Positions 9,474 through 19,317 of a stretch of 64,000 nt of DNA are shown piece after piece. Origin of the DNA: a virus; the IMG/VR virus record IMGVR_UViG_3300050821_007139, positions 1 through 64,000 of that record. One strand, written 5' to 3'. Under the pieces are notes generated by a model, which did not search any database, was not told where the DNA came from, and saw only the letters and a list, made by a program, of their open reading frames with translations. The translations under genes and the position numbers were made by a program. The number at the start of each line of letters is the position of its first letter. Position 1 is the stretch's first letter.

Positions 9474-10517
9474 ATGCCTTTTGGTTTTATTGGTGGGCTT
9501 CTTGGTGGTGTAGGATCTATAGTTGGGGCTGGAATCAGTTCTAATGCTGCTACTAGTGCTGCAAATACACAAGCTCAAGCTGCTACAAACGCTGCTCAAC
9601 TCCAGCAGCAAACTGCACTGCAAGCTTTAAGTCAACAACAATTACAATATCAAAATACACAAAATAATTTATCACCTTATCTTAATGCAGGCGGGAATGC
9701 ACTTAATGATTTAAATAATTATGCTAACCCGAATGGGTTGTTGTTTCAGAATCCAGTTGCGCTTACAGGTCAGAATCCGCAAATAAATAACTTAAGCAAC
9801 GCGCCGGGTTTAAATCTTCCACAGTTTAATATGCCCCAGTTCGGGCTACAACAGTTTCAGGCAAGTCCGGATTATCAATATTTACTTAATCAAGGCCGAG
9901 ATGCAGTGCAAAACTCGGCCGCAGGGAGAACCGGAGCGCTTTCTGGGAATATGCTCCAGGGCTTACAGCAAAATGCTACAGGCTTAGCTACTCAAGATTT
10001 TAACCAAGCTTATAGTGATTACGTCCAGAATTATCTAAATCAATATAATGCTACAAATCAAAATGCGATTAATACTTATGGTGCACAGAATAATCAATTC
10101 CTTAATGCACAGAATGTCCTTGGTAATTATTATAATCAGCAGTTAGGCGGTGTTGGGCAACAGCAAAGTAATATTTATAATATTCTTGCAGCAAGGACAG
10201 GATCTGGACAAAATGCTGCAGCATCACTAGGCGCATTTGGTCAAGCCGGGGTTAATAATGCCAGTAATATCTTGCAGAATCAAGGTAATGCGCTTGCATC
10301 GGGCCAGATTGGGGCCGCGAATGCCCTAAGTGCCGGACAAATTGGTTCTGCCAATGCAATAACAGGAGGCATAAATAATCTAAGTACTAATCTACTTTCA
10401 GCACCAAATCCAAATTTTAATAATAACGCTAATAGTGCTTTCCAATTTCTCTTTGGTGGCGGATTGGGTGGTACAGGGGCGCTGAGTGGCAATACCAATG
10501 CGGATTTTAGTGGTTAA
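9474..10517 (+). CDS. DNA ejection/pilot protein (P22 gp7-like)
   Basis: Gly/Ala-rich N-terminus, 'LSPYL.AG..AL', 'SPDYQY...QG..AV.NSAA..G.LSG'. Confidence 0.8.
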   Translation: MPFGFIGGLLGGVGSIVGAGISSNAATSAANTQAQAATNAAQLQQQTALQALSQQQLQYQNTQNNLSPYLNAGGNALNDLNNYANPNGLLFQNPVALTGQNPQINNLSNAPGLNLPQFNMPQFGLQQFQASPDYQYLLNQGRDAVQNSAAGRTGALSGNMLQGLQQNATGLATQDFNQAYSDYVQNYLNQYNATNQNAINTYGAQNNQFLNAQNVLGNYYNQQLGGVGQQQSNIYNILAARTGSGQNAAASLGAFGQAGVNNASNILQNQGNALASGQIGAANALSAGQIGSANAITGGINNLSTNLLSAPNPNFNNNANSAFQFLFGGGLGGTGALSGNTNADFSG

Positions 10518-10524
10518 TTAGTTT

Positions 10525-12426
10525 ATGCCTTACGATACCCAGTTAGATCCTAGAATTATACTTGGGGCTGGTAAGCCTTCAGGGCCTTTTGGTCCTGATA
10601 TGAGCCAAATTTATCAGTCTCAAAACCAGGCTTATAGAAATGTGTTGCAGCAGCAAGATTTGGCTGGACAAAACGCGCTCCGTGGTGCATTTCAAAATCA
10701 AAATATGTTAAATCCAAACACAGGCTTACCAAATACTCAAGCTCTTGGAATGGTGGGTCAGGTAGATCCTAAGCTCGCACTTGAATATATGGCTGCCACA
10801 CAAAAAATTAATGAAGAACAACAGCGTGCGCAAGTTACAGGTTTAATGGCAAATCAGAAGATTGGGAGTATATTCGATAAGCAAGTTGTGACGCCATTGG
10901 TGACTTACGCTAAAGACTTACAAACACAAAATATACCACAAGATCAACAAGATGTAATGATAGAACAAAAACGCCAAGAGTTTATGAAGGACATGCAGAA
11001 AAGTCAAGGCTTTTCTGATTCTACTATGAATAAGCTTGATACGAAATATGATCCTGTACGTTGGCCTTTAGGATCGGAAGGTTTTAAGAAACGCGAAGAG
11101 GATATAGCTAAAGGCTGGAAAGGGCCGTATACAGATAGTAAAGGCGCTGTGTATTGGTTGAACGAATTTTTAGGTCCAGGAGCTTTTAATCAGGATCGTA
11201 CAGCGCCCTATAATCCGGTTGGGGCCGCGCGTACTGCTGGTCAAGAACCTAAACCTATGGTTGATGTAAAACCAGATGGAACTAAGGTCCCAATTCAATT
11301 TGATCCGTTAAATAATACTTATCTGAAAGATAATGAACCTTATAAACCTACAAATCCACAGAGAATTGGAGTAGAGGGTGGTAAGGGCGCCGGACCTAAA
11401 AATTTACCTGCTCCATTAGAAGCCGATATAAAAAATCCTGATACTGGTAAGTCAGAGCGGCGAGGAATACGCCAAGAACAATTGCCAGATGGAACCGTAA
11501 GGACTGTATTTGCAGGTGGACCCGATGCGGGCAAAGAAGTTCCAAAAGAACAGTTAGGAGAAGTCAGAACTAAAGGCGAACAGGCCGGACAAGAAGCAAT
11601 TGATGCCACTGCAGAGTCCATAGCAGATTATAGAACACCACCATTGAGCCCTTATGCTCAGGTCCGTGGAAATGGGCCGGAAATAATGGAGGCTATTAAG
11701 AAAGCCAATCCTGAATATAATGCACAAAAATATTACCAAGCAAACTCTGTAAGACAAGACTTTGCTCGTGGGGCAGCATCGAAACGGATCGATGCTTTAA
11801 ATACCGTAACACAGCATCTTGAGGTATTTGATGATTTAGGCAAAGCTCTAAAAAATGGAGATGTTAATGCAGTTAATAGTGTTGTCAATTATGCTAAGAC
11901 ACAGCTTGGACATCCAGAAGTTACGAGTTTTAATGCCGCTAAAGATGTAGTTGCAGATGAAGTGATCAAGGCTGTAATAGGTTCAGGCGCAGTTTTTGAT
12001 AGAGAAGGAATGACAAAGAATTTATCCGGCTCCAGATCACCTGAACAATTGCATGATGTTGAAGTTACGATAAAAAGATTAATGGCCGGCCAAGTGGGCA
12101 GTTTAGAGAAACGATGGACTTCTGTAGGGCTTAAGAAGGATGAATTCGGAGAAAAGTTATTGCCGGATACTCTGGCAGCGGTAGATGAATATTTGCCTAA
12201 AGAGAAGAAAGGCGAAGGAAGCGGTTCGAGTCAAACTCAACCTTCAAGCCCTTCCGGCTCAGCTTTTGCACCGTTGCCTGGTAAAGAACATTTCGATACT
12301 TTAGATCAAACTATGAAATCTCTTCCGCGAGATGGAAGAACATATCCGGTTCAAGATAAATCTACCGGACAAGTTCATTATTATAAAAATGGCGCTGAAG
12401 TACCAAAACCACCTGGAGTGCCTTAA
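10525..12426 (+). CDS. DNA ejection protein (gp20 position)
   Basis: Q-rich helical protein between gp7-like and gp16-like genes. Confidence 0.6.
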   Translation: MPYDTQLDPRIILGAGKPSGPFGPDMSQIYQSQNQAYRNVLQQQDLAGQNALRGAFQNQNMLNPNTGLPNTQALGMVGQVDPKLALEYMAATQKINEEQQRAQVTGLMANQKIGSIFDKQVVTPLVTYAKDLQTQNIPQDQQDVMIEQKRQEFMKDMQKSQGFSDSTMNKLDTKYDPVRWPLGSEGFKKREEDIAKGWKGPYTDSKGAVYWLNEFLGPGAFNQDRTAPYNPVGAARTAGQEPKPMVDVKPDGTKVPIQFDPLNNTYLKDNEPYKPTNPQRIGVEGGKGAGPKNLPAPLEADIKNPDTGKSERRGIRQEQLPDGTVRTVFAGGPDAGKEVPKEQLGEVRTKGEQAGQEAIDATAESIADYRTPPLSPYAQVRGNGPEIMEAIKKANPEYNAQKYYQANSVRQDFARGAASKRIDALNTVTQHLEVFDDLGKALKNGDVNAVNSVVNYAKTQLGHPEVTSFNAAKDVVADEVIKAVIGSGAVFDREGMTKNLSGSRSPEQLHDVEVTIKRLMAGQVGSLEKRWTSVGLKKDEFGEKLLPDTLAAVDEYLPKEKKGEGSGSSQTQPSSPSGSAFAPLPGKEHFDTLDQTMKSLPRDGRTYPVQDKSTGQVHYYKNGAEVPKPPGVP

Positions 12427-15400
12427 ATGGCTTATGCTGTAGGCGCTCCGATTGATGATCCTAGCACATTAGGGGTTAGTGCAAGCGCGCCTAGAGCTGA
12501 TGTGTCTTTGCCATCTAGACGTGAGCGTGATGCGCCAATATTAGTTCAATATATCCCAAGCGACGATTTATTAAAAACTACGGGCCTAAGTCCAGAACAG
12601 TATGACACTTATCGACATCATATGGCAAAACGTGAGGCCCCTAGTTATAGTAAACCTTTTGAAAAAACAGGAAGCAAAACTACTCTTGAAGTTGGCGGTC
12701 AATATCAGATGGGGCCGGAAGAAATTGCTTCAGCAGCTAAGCATTTAGGTATTGATGCCCCTTCTAAAGAAGAATTCTTGAAAAATCCCCATCTTCAAGA
12801 GCGTTTGTTTGATGCTTATACAGTGCAGCATGCTCAAGAGTTAATGAAAAATGAGACCTTTAAAGAAGCAGATCCAGCAAAACGAGCGGCAATCTTAGCT
12901 GGGGCACATTTAGGTGGGGTGCAGGGAGTCGAAGATTATTTAGCTGGCAAAAGTGATCCGAGCGACAAAAATAAAACTACCATAAGTAATTATGTTAATA
13001 GTACTGCTCGTGTAATGGGGGCGCCACTAATAGGTGTCTCTGATTGGACACCAAGCAATAATGCGATTGCGTCAGAACAAAGAAGATCTAATACTGATGT
13101 AGTTGATATGAGCCCAGAGCAGTTTCTTTCACTTCTCCCTCCTATACCTAAAGATGAACCTAGTTTAGCAAAACGAGATAATTTACAAAGGTCGCTAGCT
13201 TCAGGAGATCAAATTGAACAAATTCCTTCGCTTGAAGTAAAATCTAAAGGGGATGATCTTAAAGTCGTTGATCATGATGGGAGACATAGGGCACAAGCAG
13301 CTATTGAAGCCGGATTGGATACAATTCCTGTTTCAATTCGTGGTGCGGATGACGTTGCAGGTTTTAAAAATCTAGTTGGAAAAACAACTGTTCCAATTGA
13401 TTTTACTAAGGTTGCTTCAAAACTGGAGCAAGCACCAGTACAAGCACCGGTCCAGTTACAAGCAAGGCCAATCGGGCCGCAACAAGTTACACAAGCTCCA
13501 CAACAACCCTCTTCTCCAACTGTAGCTACTGCTCCTATTCCACCGGCCCCACAGACTCCATCTAAGCCTGATTTTTATCCACAAATCGTAGCAGGAATTA
13601 ATAAAGACATAATTAATCCTGCCTCTCAAGGCTATCGTGGGGTTGCTGTTCCGAATCCAACGACCGATATAACTGCCGGACAGCGAATTGCAAATGCTAA
13701 TGCGTCAAGTGCGGGTCAAGTAGGCTTACCGTCAAGAAATGTATTGGCTTCGGCTTTATCAGCAATTAACCCTATCGGTTCCGCTCAAGCTGCTGAAGGT
13801 AGTGTAGGTTTAAGTCCAAATCAACCATCGGCTTCTGCACCAATTCCTCCCGTTTCATCGCCACAAACATCTCCTTCTTCTGGCTTTGCTATTGGCGCCC
13901 CTATTGAATCTGGAAACTTTGCAGTTGGTGCTCCAGTCGGACCAAATCCGCGCCAATCTTATGTTCCAACTCCTGAAGATGTAATTCCGCCTATTGTAAA
14001 TGCTTTAAGTCCGATGTTAGGTACTGGAGTCATGGCAGGTATAGCTGGGCTCCGTAATCGCCCGATGAGTTTTGATGAATGGAAAGCTGCGCGAGACAAG
14101 GCTTTAGCTGAGACACAATTACCGGAGACTGAGACCGGGAGGAAGATTTCTAAATTCTTTGGCGCTCCGGGGCAGTTGTTAGGTTGGGCGGCTGAACAAG
14201 TTTTAGGAGATAAAACTAAATATCTAACTCCAGTTATGGATGTCTTAGCTCCAGCTTCCATTTTAGCTCCTGGAATTGGTAGTGTAGCTACGGCGCCTAT
14301 TAGACCTATACTTAATCGAGCTTTACAGACGCCTGAAATGGGTGCCGTCCGGGCCGCCAATGCAGCTTACAGAAGTGAGCTTCCGGCCGGTGGTGTAGCT
14401 AATACTGAAATTGCTAACCGTATGGCACAAGCACAAGGGGCTGGAATCCCACTAACTCCTAAAGATATGTTCTTGCCAGGTGAGGCGCAAAATGTACGGT
14501 TAGCTCATGCGTTAGAAAACTCTCCTGAAGCTCGTAAACAAATACGAGATGTATCAGAAGCTAGAACACGAGGTACAGAAGTTTCGCCGGCGCAAGAACG
14601 TGTAGGTGGAAGTCTAGAACGTGGCGATGCCCATGTTACTAATGCTTTCGGGTCAGGCTCAGCTAGAGATATAAGTGAAGCTTTAAATAAAAATCTTACT
14701 AAAAATACTAGCTTATTAGGACAAGCTAGGACATTATTAGATGAATCTAAAACTCAACTACAAGATCGTATAGATACATTAAAGAATATTAAAGTACCTT
14801 CAAAGCAAATCAAAGCTGATCCTGATGTAGCTAGATTGCGTACAATGCGTAATAGGCGTGAAGCTGAGGTTAAAGACCTTAATAAAAAGATTGATAATGA
14901 CAACGCTTCACTTGATGCAGTTAAAGAGGGACAAAAAATCTTTTCTCCAAATGTCCGTTCGGAGGATGTTGACAAATTTGTAGCTAAAGCGAAACCCGAA
15001 CAATTAGATGCGTATCGAATTAGCGTTGGTGATGCAGTTCGAGATCAGTTTAGGCGTGTACGAGAGCTTGGCACAGAAACCAGTAAGGTTAGTATTCCAC
15101 AAAATATGAAAAATAAACTTTCCTCAGCACTTGGTTCAATGCAAGTCGCTGAGGGTTTTATGCGTAAGATGGCACTAGAGGATCAGGTAACTGCCGGGGC
15201 TGAAAATGTGCTTACTGCTTTGGGAAATGAACCTGGGGCAGTAAGAAGAGCTGGGGCGCCATTCCGACGGGCGCTTGAATCTCTTGGTCATATCGGTATG
15301 AGCACTGCTATGGGACATGGTATTCATGGAGCTGGATATCAAGCTATTAGATTTGGCAGAAATGTTTTAGACTATATGGCCTATGGTGGTGGATTTATGG

Positions 15401-15585
15401 GCCGTAAGCGAGGAACCGAGATTAGTAAGCTTTATACAGATCCTAATGCAAATATTGCAACGTCAGGAAAGAATTTATTTCAATCGCCAGCCTTACCTGC
15501 GCGCCGCCAAAATATCTTAAACACGCTTCCGTATGGTCCAGCTGCTACTTATTCCGCCACGCAAAACTATGCGCCAAATCAATGA
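12427..15585 (+). CDS. Large ejection protein with lysozyme-like and ParB/Srx-like domains
   Basis: 'GGQYQMG...QE..FD.Y...AGAHLGG..G' lysozyme-like; 'VVDHDGRHRAQAA..AG...IPVSI' ParB/Srx-like. Confidence 0.65.
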   Translation: MAYAVGAPIDDPSTLGVSASAPRADVSLPSRRERDAPILVQYIPSDDLLKTTGLSPEQYDTYRHHMAKREAPSYSKPFEKTGSKTTLEVGGQYQMGPEEIASAAKHLGIDAPSKEEFLKNPHLQERLFDAYTVQHAQELMKNETFKEADPAKRAAILAGAHLGGVQGVEDYLAGKSDPSDKNKTTISNYVNSTARVMGAPLIGVSDWTPSNNAIASEQRRSNTDVVDMSPEQFLSLLPPIPKDEPSLAKRDNLQRSLASGDQIEQIPSLEVKSKGDDLKVVDHDGRHRAQAAIEAGLDTIPVSIRGADDVAGFKNLVGKTTVPIDFTKVASKLEQAPVQAPVQLQARPIGPQQVTQAPQQPSSPTVATAPIPPAPQTPSKPDFYPQIVAGINKDIINPASQGYRGVAVPNPTTDITAGQRIANANASSAGQVGLPSRNVLASALSAINPIGSAQAAEGSVGLSPNQPSASAPIPPVSSPQTSPSSGFAIGAPIESGNFAVGAPVGPNPRQSYVPTPEDVIPPIVNALSPMLGTGVMAGIAGLRNRPMSFDEWKAARDKALAETQLPETETGRKISKFFGAPGQLLGWAAEQVLGDKTKYLTPVMDVLAPASILAPGIGSVATAPIRPILNRALQTPEMGAVRAANAAYRSELPAGGVANTEIANRMAQAQGAGIPLTPKDMFLPGEAQNVRLAHALENSPEARKQIRDVSEARTRGTEVSPAQERVGGSLERGDAHVTNAFGSGSARDISEALNKNLTKNTSLLGQARTLLDESKTQLQDRIDTLKNIKVPSKQIKADPDVARLRTMRNRREAEVKDLNKKIDNDNASLDAVKEGQKIFSPNVRSEDVDKFVAKAKPEQLDAYRISVGDAVRDQFRRVRELGTETSKVSIPQNMKNKLSSALGSMQVAEGFMRKMALEDQVTAGAENVLTALGNEPGAVRRAGAPFRRALESLGHIGMSTAMGHGIHGAGYQAIRFGRNVLDYMAYGGGFMGRKRGTEISKLYTDPNANIATSGKNLFQSPALPARRQNILNTLPYGPAATYSATQNYAPNQ

Positions 15586-16016
15586 TACCAAAAATAATTA
15601 TCGTCCCTATCGAATATCAACGATTCACCACTATTGGTGATTGGTATGAAGATAAATATGGGAATTTTACAATTTCAATCTCCTATTTATATGATTGGAA
15701 ATATGAATTTTTGGTCTTGATTCACGAATTAACTGAATGGGCTATTTGTCAATCAATGGGAGTTAAAACTCAAGCTTGCGATGATTTTGACGGGCTTTGG
15801 GAAAGTGAGATTAAGAAAGGTATTCAAGATATTAATACCGAAGCAGGTTTTGATCGCCGGTGTCCGTACCGACGTGGGCACGTTTGGGGGGCACGAATGG
15901 AACGTTTATTCTGTTTCCTGCTCCGCGCCTCTTGGAAAGACTATTGTGAGTCGTGCGAACGTGCTATAAAGAATTATTCTAATTCTAAACAGAGTTCAAG
16001 TAATGCCTCTGTTTAA
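15582..16016 (+). CDS. Putative metallopeptidase-like protein (HExxE)
   Basis: 'QRF.TIGDW', 'LIHELTE', 'PY...H..A..ME'. Confidence 0.55.
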   Translation: MIPKIIIVPIEYQRFTTIGDWYEDKYGNFTISISYLYDWKYEFLVLIHELTEWAICQSMGVKTQACDDFDGLWESEIKKGIQDINTEAGFDRRCPYRRGHVWGARMERLFCFLLRASWKDYCESCERAIKNYSNSKQSSSNASV

Positions 16017-16641
16017 AGCTACTCTAGGCATACTAGGCGGTATGGGCCTTAGAGCAACAAGTAATTTTCTTGATTGTCTGGTTAAAGAAATTACTGAAGT
16101 TGGCGTTACGGAAGATAGTGCGTTTCCTACCATAATTATGCTAAGTATTCCTTTACAAGAATGGGGAATTTTGGGATCGACAAATAAAGATCATGTTAGC
16201 GCACAAGTTAATAATGGCTTGAAATGGCTACGTGAAGCCGGCGCAGATTATATAGCTGTTCCTTGCAACACAGTTCACGAGTTTATAACCGATAAGCATG
16301 TGATTAACATTATTGATGAGACTTTAAAAGAATGTCGAGATAAAAATCTTGGCGTTCTTTGCTCCAATCAGACCAGAGAGTCAGGGTTATATGAAAGGAG
16401 TGGGTATAATATACAATATTACCCAAACCAATCTACAATCGATGGATTGATTGAAGCTGTTCAGCATGGGAAAAACCCTGATATTAGTTTGATGCTAAAT
16501 GCTGAGTTCTCTAATTGCTCTACTATCATCCTTGGTTGTACTGAGCTTTCGCTTTGTTCAAATATGAATCGTTGGGGGAATAGGACTATTTTAGATTCAA
16601 CTAAAATCTTGGCGAAGGCTTCTATAAAAGCCCTAATGTAA
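16003..16641 (+). CDS. Aspartate/glutamate racemase family
   Basis: 'LGILGGMG', 'AVPCNTVH', 'ILGCTELSL' with both catalytic cysteines. Confidence 0.9.
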   Translation: MPLFKATLGILGGMGLRATSNFLDCLVKEITEVGVTEDSAFPTIIMLSIPLQEWGILGSTNKDHVSAQVNNGLKWLREAGADYIAVPCNTVHEFITDKHVINIIDETLKECRDKNLGVLCSNQTRESGLYERSGYNIQYYPNQSTIDGLIEAVQHGKNPDISLMLNAEFSNCSTIILGCTELSLCSNMNRWGNRTILDSTKILAKASIKALM

Positions 16642-18050
16642 TGAAATATATCTTCTTTACATTCTCTGGGCATTCATTACCGATAGCCAAGCGGTTGATT
16701 GATGAGGGCAATGAAGTCGAGGTCGGTCAAGTTTCAAGGCCCGAAAAGCTTAATGTCAAAGGCTGGCAGGCCCATAAAGAGACTCCAGAGGAACAACGCC
16801 GCCGGCTTTCACTTTATGATGGAATTATTGAAAAACAAGACGCCGATAAATTACTAAATAATCTTCGTTTTAACAAGGACAAAGAGGATATCTTTGTTGT
16901 TCTTGATCATAATAACCTTTGCGAATACGGTGAAAAATTAAATTCGATGGGATATATCGGTTTAATCCCGCTTCGTGAAGATTATACAATGGAAAAAGAA
17001 AGAACGGCGGCGAAGAATTTTGTTGAAAAAAATTATTCTTTACTTCAAGTGCCTGAATCAAAAGAATTTAAGAAAGCCCAAGATGGAATTGATTTAGTCG
17101 AAGATTCTGATGAGCTCTGGGTTCTTAAGAGTAATGGAAATATCGGTGATACCATAGTTCCACGAACTACTGATACCCAACTTAATCATATGGTAATTAT
17201 AGGCGCACTCAAGTGCGACTCAAAGGATTATGAAAAGGAGGGATATATACTTGAAAGGAAACTTAGATCGCCTATCGAATTTACTCCACAGCTTGCATTT
17301 TGGAACGGTGAGCCGATTTACTCACATGTGGAAATAGAATGCAAGCCAATTGGGGCCGGAGACACTGGCCCCGACGGTGGAGGAGCTTTAAATCTAGTCG
17401 TCAAAACCAACCTAGACGACGAAATAAACGCTATGTTTTTCCCCCCAATTATCTTCGAGATGGCAAAGAAACGCTCGGGCTTATTTATTTTCGACGCTGG
17501 GATACTTTATGACGAAGATGATTCAAGATTTTATTTTACTGAGTTCGCAGGGAATAGATGGGGTTGGGGTGGAATCTATTCGGAACTATCTATGGCAACT
17601 AATAAGAATAGAAATGCGACCGAATATTTTGAGCGCGTAAGTGCTGGAAAGAGTCCTCTTCATTATAAATATGGTGCTACGGTTAGTTTATATAATATCC
17701 TCCCTGATAAGAAATTTGCGTCGTTGGAGTGTGACTGTTTGCCGATTTATTGGCGAAGAGCGGCAGATGAATATTTATGGTTGTATCAGATAAGGAAAAA
17801 TGAAGAAGGGGTTATTGTAAATACAGGATGTTTTAAAGATTCAATTCTTGGTTACGCTAGTGGATGTGGAGATTCATTATCGAAATGTATCAGTTTAGCT
17901 TATAAAGTAATTGATAATTTTGCATTTAAAGAATTCCTTTTTAGACCTAAAGGTGATTTTTTATCTAAAGATTATCCAAGCTCAATTTTAAATCGTTTAG
18001 AGGCGATTAAAGAAATATTAGATAATATAGAAAAGAAAGAAGCCGCATAA
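16641..18050 (+). CDS. ATP-grasp ligase (divergent PurD/GARS-like)
   Basis: 'MEKER..AK', 'WVLK', 'YILERKL', 'ECKP.G.GDTGP.GG', 'YFTEF..NRWG'. Confidence 0.7.
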   Translation: MKYIFFTFSGHSLPIAKRLIDEGNEVEVGQVSRPEKLNVKGWQAHKETPEEQRRRLSLYDGIIEKQDADKLLNNLRFNKDKEDIFVVLDHNNLCEYGEKLNSMGYIGLIPLREDYTMEKERTAAKNFVEKNYSLLQVPESKEFKKAQDGIDLVEDSDELWVLKSNGNIGDTIVPRTTDTQLNHMVIIGALKCDSKDYEKEGYILERKLRSPIEFTPQLAFWNGEPIYSHVEIECKPIGAGDTGPDGGGALNLVVKTNLDDEINAMFFPPIIFEMAKKRSGLFIFDAGILYDEDDSRFYFTEFAGNRWGWGGIYSELSMATNKNRNATEYFERVSAGKSPLHYKYGATVSLYNILPDKKFASLECDCLPIYWRRAADEYLWLYQIRKNEEGVIVNTGCFKDSILGYASGCGDSLSKCISLAYKVIDNFAFKEFLFRPKGDFLSKDYPSSILNRLEAIKEILDNIEKKEAA

Positions 18051-18557
18051 ATGAAATTAAAAATAATTCTATTTCTTGTCTTTATGATATCGCTTTCTGC
18101 TCATGCTCAAGTTCCAGTATTTGTTGCGCCGGAGTTTATACAACATTTTTTTCTTACCAATGGTTCTGTTTGTGCTGGGTGTCAATTGTTTGTTTATCAA
18201 GCTGGAACAACTACAAAAACTCCGACTTATATTGATAGTACAGGGACTACAACTAATACAAATCCGGTTATTATGAATTCTCGCGGGGAGCCACAAGCAG
18301 GAGCACCGAATGGATCTATTGGTATTTGGCTTGCTGCAGGGCTTTATAAAGTCGTACTTGCTCCAGCTAATGATTCTGATCCTCCTACTAATCCCATTTG
18401 GACAATTGATGGTGTCTCAAGTTCGCTTATTCAACCTACCGCGCCAGTAAGCTCGGTATCGCCTTGTGTTCCGGGTGAATTTGCTCAGGACACAAGTTTC
18501 TTTTATAGCTGTGTAGCTATAAATACTTGGAAACGTGTCGCGTTAAATTCGTTTTAA
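18051..18557 (+). CDS. Tailspike virion-attachment (head-binding-type) adaptor with Sec signal peptide
   Basis: Signal MKLKIILFLVFMISLSAHA; 'FF..NG....G.QLFVYQAGTTT...Y.D..G...NTNPVI.NSRGE...IWL..G.YKVVL'; C-term 'YSCVA.NTWKRVAL'. Confidence 0.75.
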   Translation: MKLKIILFLVFMISLSAHAQVPVFVAPEFIQHFFLTNGSVCAGCQLFVYQAGTTTKTPTYIDSTGTTTNTNPVIMNSRGEPQAGAPNGSIGIWLAAGLYKVVLAPANDSDPPTNPIWTIDGVSSSLIQPTAPVSSVSPCVPGEFAQDTSFFYSCVAINTWKRVALNSF

Positions 18558-18569
18558 TCATGGAGTGTA

Positions 18570-18827
18570 GTGGCTATGAAAACAATATTCGGAGTTATAT
18601 TTACAGTTTCGCTAGGCTTCAGTCAGGTTGCTCTTTCTCAAGATGTTCCACAAACTCCTCCTAGTGATACAGAATATGATTCGCAACGTTTTACGTTGCT
18701 TAATGAACAGAATAAGTTCCTTACTATGACAATTCTTCGTGATCGGGCGCAAGCTAAAGAAACTGCAGCTTGGTGGGCCGAAGTTTGGAAAGCATTGCCT
18801 GATCCTAATAAAGTTGGAGTTAAATGA
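18570..18827 (+). CDS. Small secreted protein
   Basis: SD ggag; Sec-type signal ending 'VALS'. Confidence 0.6.
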   Translation: MAMKTIFGVIFTVSLGFSQVALSQDVPQTPPSDTEYDSQRFTLLNEQNKFLTMTILRDRAQAKETAAWWAEVWKALPDPNKVGVK

Positions 18828-19303
18828 AACTAATCTTTAAGACTCTTGTCTTAGCTTGTTTGGTAGCGTTAGTTTCAACTTCAGCTAACGCTACCTGTGA
18901 GCGCGTGGTTCAGAATGGAACTGTAATAAATGGTGCTCCGGTAGTTTTTATTACTGAATGCTTGATTGCTCGTGCTGGCGGCAGTGCTGGGAGTACAATT
19001 GCTAATGGCCTCCCTATGATTACCGACCTTGGTGTTATGGGGCCGTTTGGGATTATCGACGCTCCAATTACAGGGGCGTATCATAAAGGCGTATTTAGCT
19101 GGCAAGGTAATAATCTTGTTTTAGCTCTTAATGGTCTTGGCGGCGCTGGCGTTCCAGGGCTTTGTTTATCAATTAATGGCGGGCAATTAATATCGCTTGG
19201 CGGCTCAAGTTGTGGTGGCGGAGGCGGGGGCGGCGACGCATTATTAATTCAAACTGGAAGCAAATTATTAATTCAAACTGGCAGTGTATTATTGATTCAG
19301 TGA
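18824..19303 (+). CDS. Secreted fibre-associated protein
   Basis: Signal ending 'SANA'; C-terminal G-linker plus tandem 'LLIQTGS' repeat (direct DNA repeat ttattaattcaaactgg). Confidence 0.65.
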   Translation: MKLIFKTLVLACLVALVSTSANATCERVVQNGTVINGAPVVFITECLIARAGGSAGSTIANGLPMITDLGVMGPFGIIDAPITGAYHKGVFSWQGNNLVLALNGLGGAGVPGLCLSINGGQLISLGGSSCGGGGGGGDALLIQTGSKLLIQTGSVLLIQ

Positions 19304-19317
19304 GGAAATTTAATAGT

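Noticed and set aside
16641-18050. Bona fide purD auxiliary metabolic gene
   Set aside because: PurD N-terminal GxGGREHA motif is absent and no other purine genes are present
19210-19317. ORF-track N-terminus MWWRRRGRRR of the long fibre as a Tat signal
   Set aside because: It is an out-of-frame reading of the upstream gene's Gly linker; ATG 19318 has an SD and a clean Sec signal
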